This document shows positions 61,640 through 64,000 of a DNA stretch of 64,000 nucleotides, piece by piece. Location: assembly GCA_051530055.1 (NCBI GenBank), contig CM121341.1:6984784-7048783 (forward strand), given 5' to 3'. Made by a program: the position numbers and the translations under genes. Numbering within the stretch: the stretch's first letter is position 1; the number at the start of each line of letters is the position of its first letter. The DNA comes from Neoechinorhynchus agilis (taxonomy: Eukaryota; Animalia; Acanthocephala). The notes below the pieces were generated by a model, which did no database searches, had not been told where the DNA came from, and saw nothing but the letters and a program-made list of their open reading frames with translations.

Positions 61640-63357
61640 TCAATCGAGACATTCAAGCGATCCAATCGCACCAAATCCTGCGGATATTCCACCTTCAGCC
61701 GAGGCTGCACTCTTAGTTCTCACCAAATTACCGATCACGTGATTATAGATGACTTCGTCCTTTCCATCTTCTGTTGTCTTAATCAGCAATGCACTGAATA
61801 TTCCATATTCGTCAATTACGTCTTCGTATTTTTGCTCTGTCTCTCCAGCGCGAACTATCATATTCTTGTAAACTACGGGGTTAATGAGCCGTTGAAGGAT
61901 GCAATCATCCAAATCACCACCCAGTGCAGAATCGGTTATCCATTCTTTGAACAAAAGTCTTTAATTTTCTACAACGAACGCAACCACAGTTAATTTGGAC
62001 GCTTAAAATGCAATCTAACGATTCTAATTAGACAGCAAAAATGGATGTGTAATTATTTCGAGAAGAGTGGAGTTACCAGGGCATCTCAAAATAGCTAAGA
62101 AAACTGTCAATTTCTACTAGAAATGGACTTGGACCTTACCGTTAATCGATAACCAAAACCTTTCAGCTTCCATAACGGCATAATCAGCATCGTTGCCGAA
62201 AATATTGTTCCCACCGCCCTCGGCATTATACTTTAGGACCCACTGTAGCGGTTCATCTTTAACTCGTTTCTTAGCTTCTTCTAACTCATCGTCCACTTCT
62301 AGTCTATACATTTCACAAAACAAACTCATTAATTGTCGAGTTGTCTCCTCATCGCAACCAGCATACGTTCTTAACAAATCCGGTCTTCGATACAATTCAG
62401 CTTGAATGCGTTTTGTGTTGGCCAATCTTCGATCGATTCCCGTTGATTTCACACAAACACTCGCCTCAATCATCTTTATAGCCGACCATTCATCTTCGGT
62501 ATTAAAATGCTTTATCACATAACCAGCTCGGAAATACACTAAAGCGACCTCCATATTGTTGCCCGTATCGTCGTCTTTCAAAAATAACCGATAATCGTTA
62601 TCAACGGAACACTTACGAGCGATTTGAGACAAGGTGAGATAAAATACTCGTCTATGGAGTCTAATAGCCAGATTGGTATGATCCGATATGTTAATCTCCT
62701 CATTTCCAATCACTACAAAGATCACAACCAATTTAGAGTTATCGTGTTCGTAAAGCTCAATCGCATCTCTTAAAGCCTTTGCTGCTCGATCAGCGCAATC
62801 GATCACAAATGTTTTCTCCATCGAATAAGACACTTGATAGAAAAAGTCATTTGATGTTTGTTGCCCCATATCTGTCCATCATGAATATAAGAATGAATGT
62901 CTTTAATACGATCAGTGAGTGTGATGTACGCAACACTCACAAGATTAAACTCTACCTGTTTAAATGTTTGATAAATCTTATCTATCATATAATCATTTCT
63001 TGTCAGCTCAACTCTAGCCCTCGGTTTCGTGCCCAACTCGTCTACCTCGTTCATTATTTGTAAGAGTCGTTCAATATACGGATCATGTGCTGATGATTTC
63101 TTTAGAACCGAGTTCAAAAATTTGTGGTCGTTTGCGATTCGATGGTACATGTTAGTAAACAGTGGCTCTAATTGACTGGCTTGCTGGTATACTGCCAAGG
63201 GAACTTTTCCTCGGTTTAGACAAAAAGGGAGATATTGAGCAATGGAGAAACCACGTTCGGGTTCGCGGGCCTGAATGAGACCCGTGGATAGAGCAATCCG
63301 TTTGGCTTGTTGGAGCTTTTCCTTTTCGCTCAACTGGGGAACAACTCTGGAATTCAT
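61640..63357 (-). CDS. GSS: Glutathione synthetase (eukaryotic type), 3 exons
   Basis: LTRNDYM..FKQVEFN, EVALVYFRAGY..F, IEAS..VKS....LANTKRIQ, WVLKYNAEGGGNNIFG, CILQRLINP, EYGIFS, GNLVRTK....EGGISAGFGAIGS. Confidence 0.92.
61931..62161 (-). other. GSS intron 2, stem-flanked AG..AT register (231 nt)
   Basis: GGTTATCGATT (62154-62144) pairs with AATGGATAACC (61944-61934). A GT(62159)..AG(~61959) alternative exists but adds ~10 aa. Confidence 0.45.
62802..62860 (-). other. Non-canonical stem-loop intron 1 in GSS (59 nt)
   Basis: Removing it restores the frame QIWGN-DCADRAAKALRDAIELY. Stems CAAATG/CATTTG and TTTTTCTATC/GATGGAGAAA. Confidence 0.7.
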
Positions 63358-63448
63358 ATCTAAAAATTCTATCCAAAACTCTGTTTTACTTGGAAAATTT
63401 AAAAATAGTCATTAATAAACGGCAGTATAAAGGGATGTGGACGCTTTC

Positions 63449-64000
63449 TAGAATATTTTGAACGTAGAAAACGAGTCCATTTTACTATTAGGATCGTTTT
63501 TAATTAGCTCCGACTTGGAATAGCCGGGTAAACCGAACAACAAACCATTATATGAATTTTTGGATAAGATGGAGACGTGACTAGAATATTTTGAACGTGG
63601 AAAACGAGTCCATTTTACTATTAGGATCGTTTTTAATTAGCTGCGACTTGGAATAGCCGGGTAAACCGAACAACAAACCATTATATGAATTTTTGGATAA
63701 GATGGAGACGTGACTAGAATATTTTGAACGTGGAAAACGAGTCCATTTTACTATTAGGATCGTTTTTAATTAGCTCCGACTTGGAATAGCCGGGTAAACC
63801 GAACAACAAACCATTATATGAATTTTTGGATAAGATGGAGACGTGACTAGAATATTTTGAACGTGGAAAACGAGTCCATTTACTATTAGGATCGTTTTTA
63901 TTAGCTCGACTGAATAGCCGGGAAACCGAACAACAAACCATTATATGAATTTTTGGATAAGATGGAGACGTGACTAGAATATTTTGAACGTGGAAAACGA
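63449..64000. repeat. Tandem repeat, 133-bp unit, at least 4 copies, truncated by the window end
   Basis: TAGAATATTTTGAACGT at 63449, 63582, 63715 and onward. Confidence 0.92.

Noticed and set aside
9143-62405. Numerous 60-125 aa ORFs antisense to or overlapping cadherin, GCN1, MAST, HK and GSS
   Set aside because: These are shadow frames of real genes with no independent coding signal.
23924-64000. Tandem arrays as CRISPR arrays
   Set aside because: Units are 87-311 bp and repeat in full with no unique spacers. No cas genes are present and the context is eukaryotic.

Overview
AT-rich, gene-compact animal (metazoan) genomic DNA. The species cannot be identified from sequence alone; a larvacean tunicate or a similarly reduced animal is plausible. 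Recognisable genes: REXO4, three short cadherin-domain paralogues, GCN1, a MAST kinase, hexokinase, glutathione synthetase and tRNA-Arg(CCG). Also present are a PTTG1IP-like membrane protein, an ShK-domain precursor, a mucin-stalk membrane protein and a bacterial-type YbaY/YscW-family gene. About a quarter of the window is unrelated tandem arrays, and there are decayed non-LTR retroelements and long fold-back elements. Main result: most interruptions in conserved genes cannot be removed as GT-AG introns. They are 36-400 nt segments whose two ends base-pair, every wobble I scored is G-U on the transcribed strand, the 5' ends are unconstrained, and a 3' end in AT is available in each homology-anchored case. 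This points to a structure-defined, non-canonical intron system. Second result: a ~200 bp tRNA-headed SINE-like family (3 copies) whose consensus carries all three strands of a hammerhead ribozyme in an unusual, non-circularly-permuted order. All intron boundaries are manual inferences and need RNA-seq confirmation.
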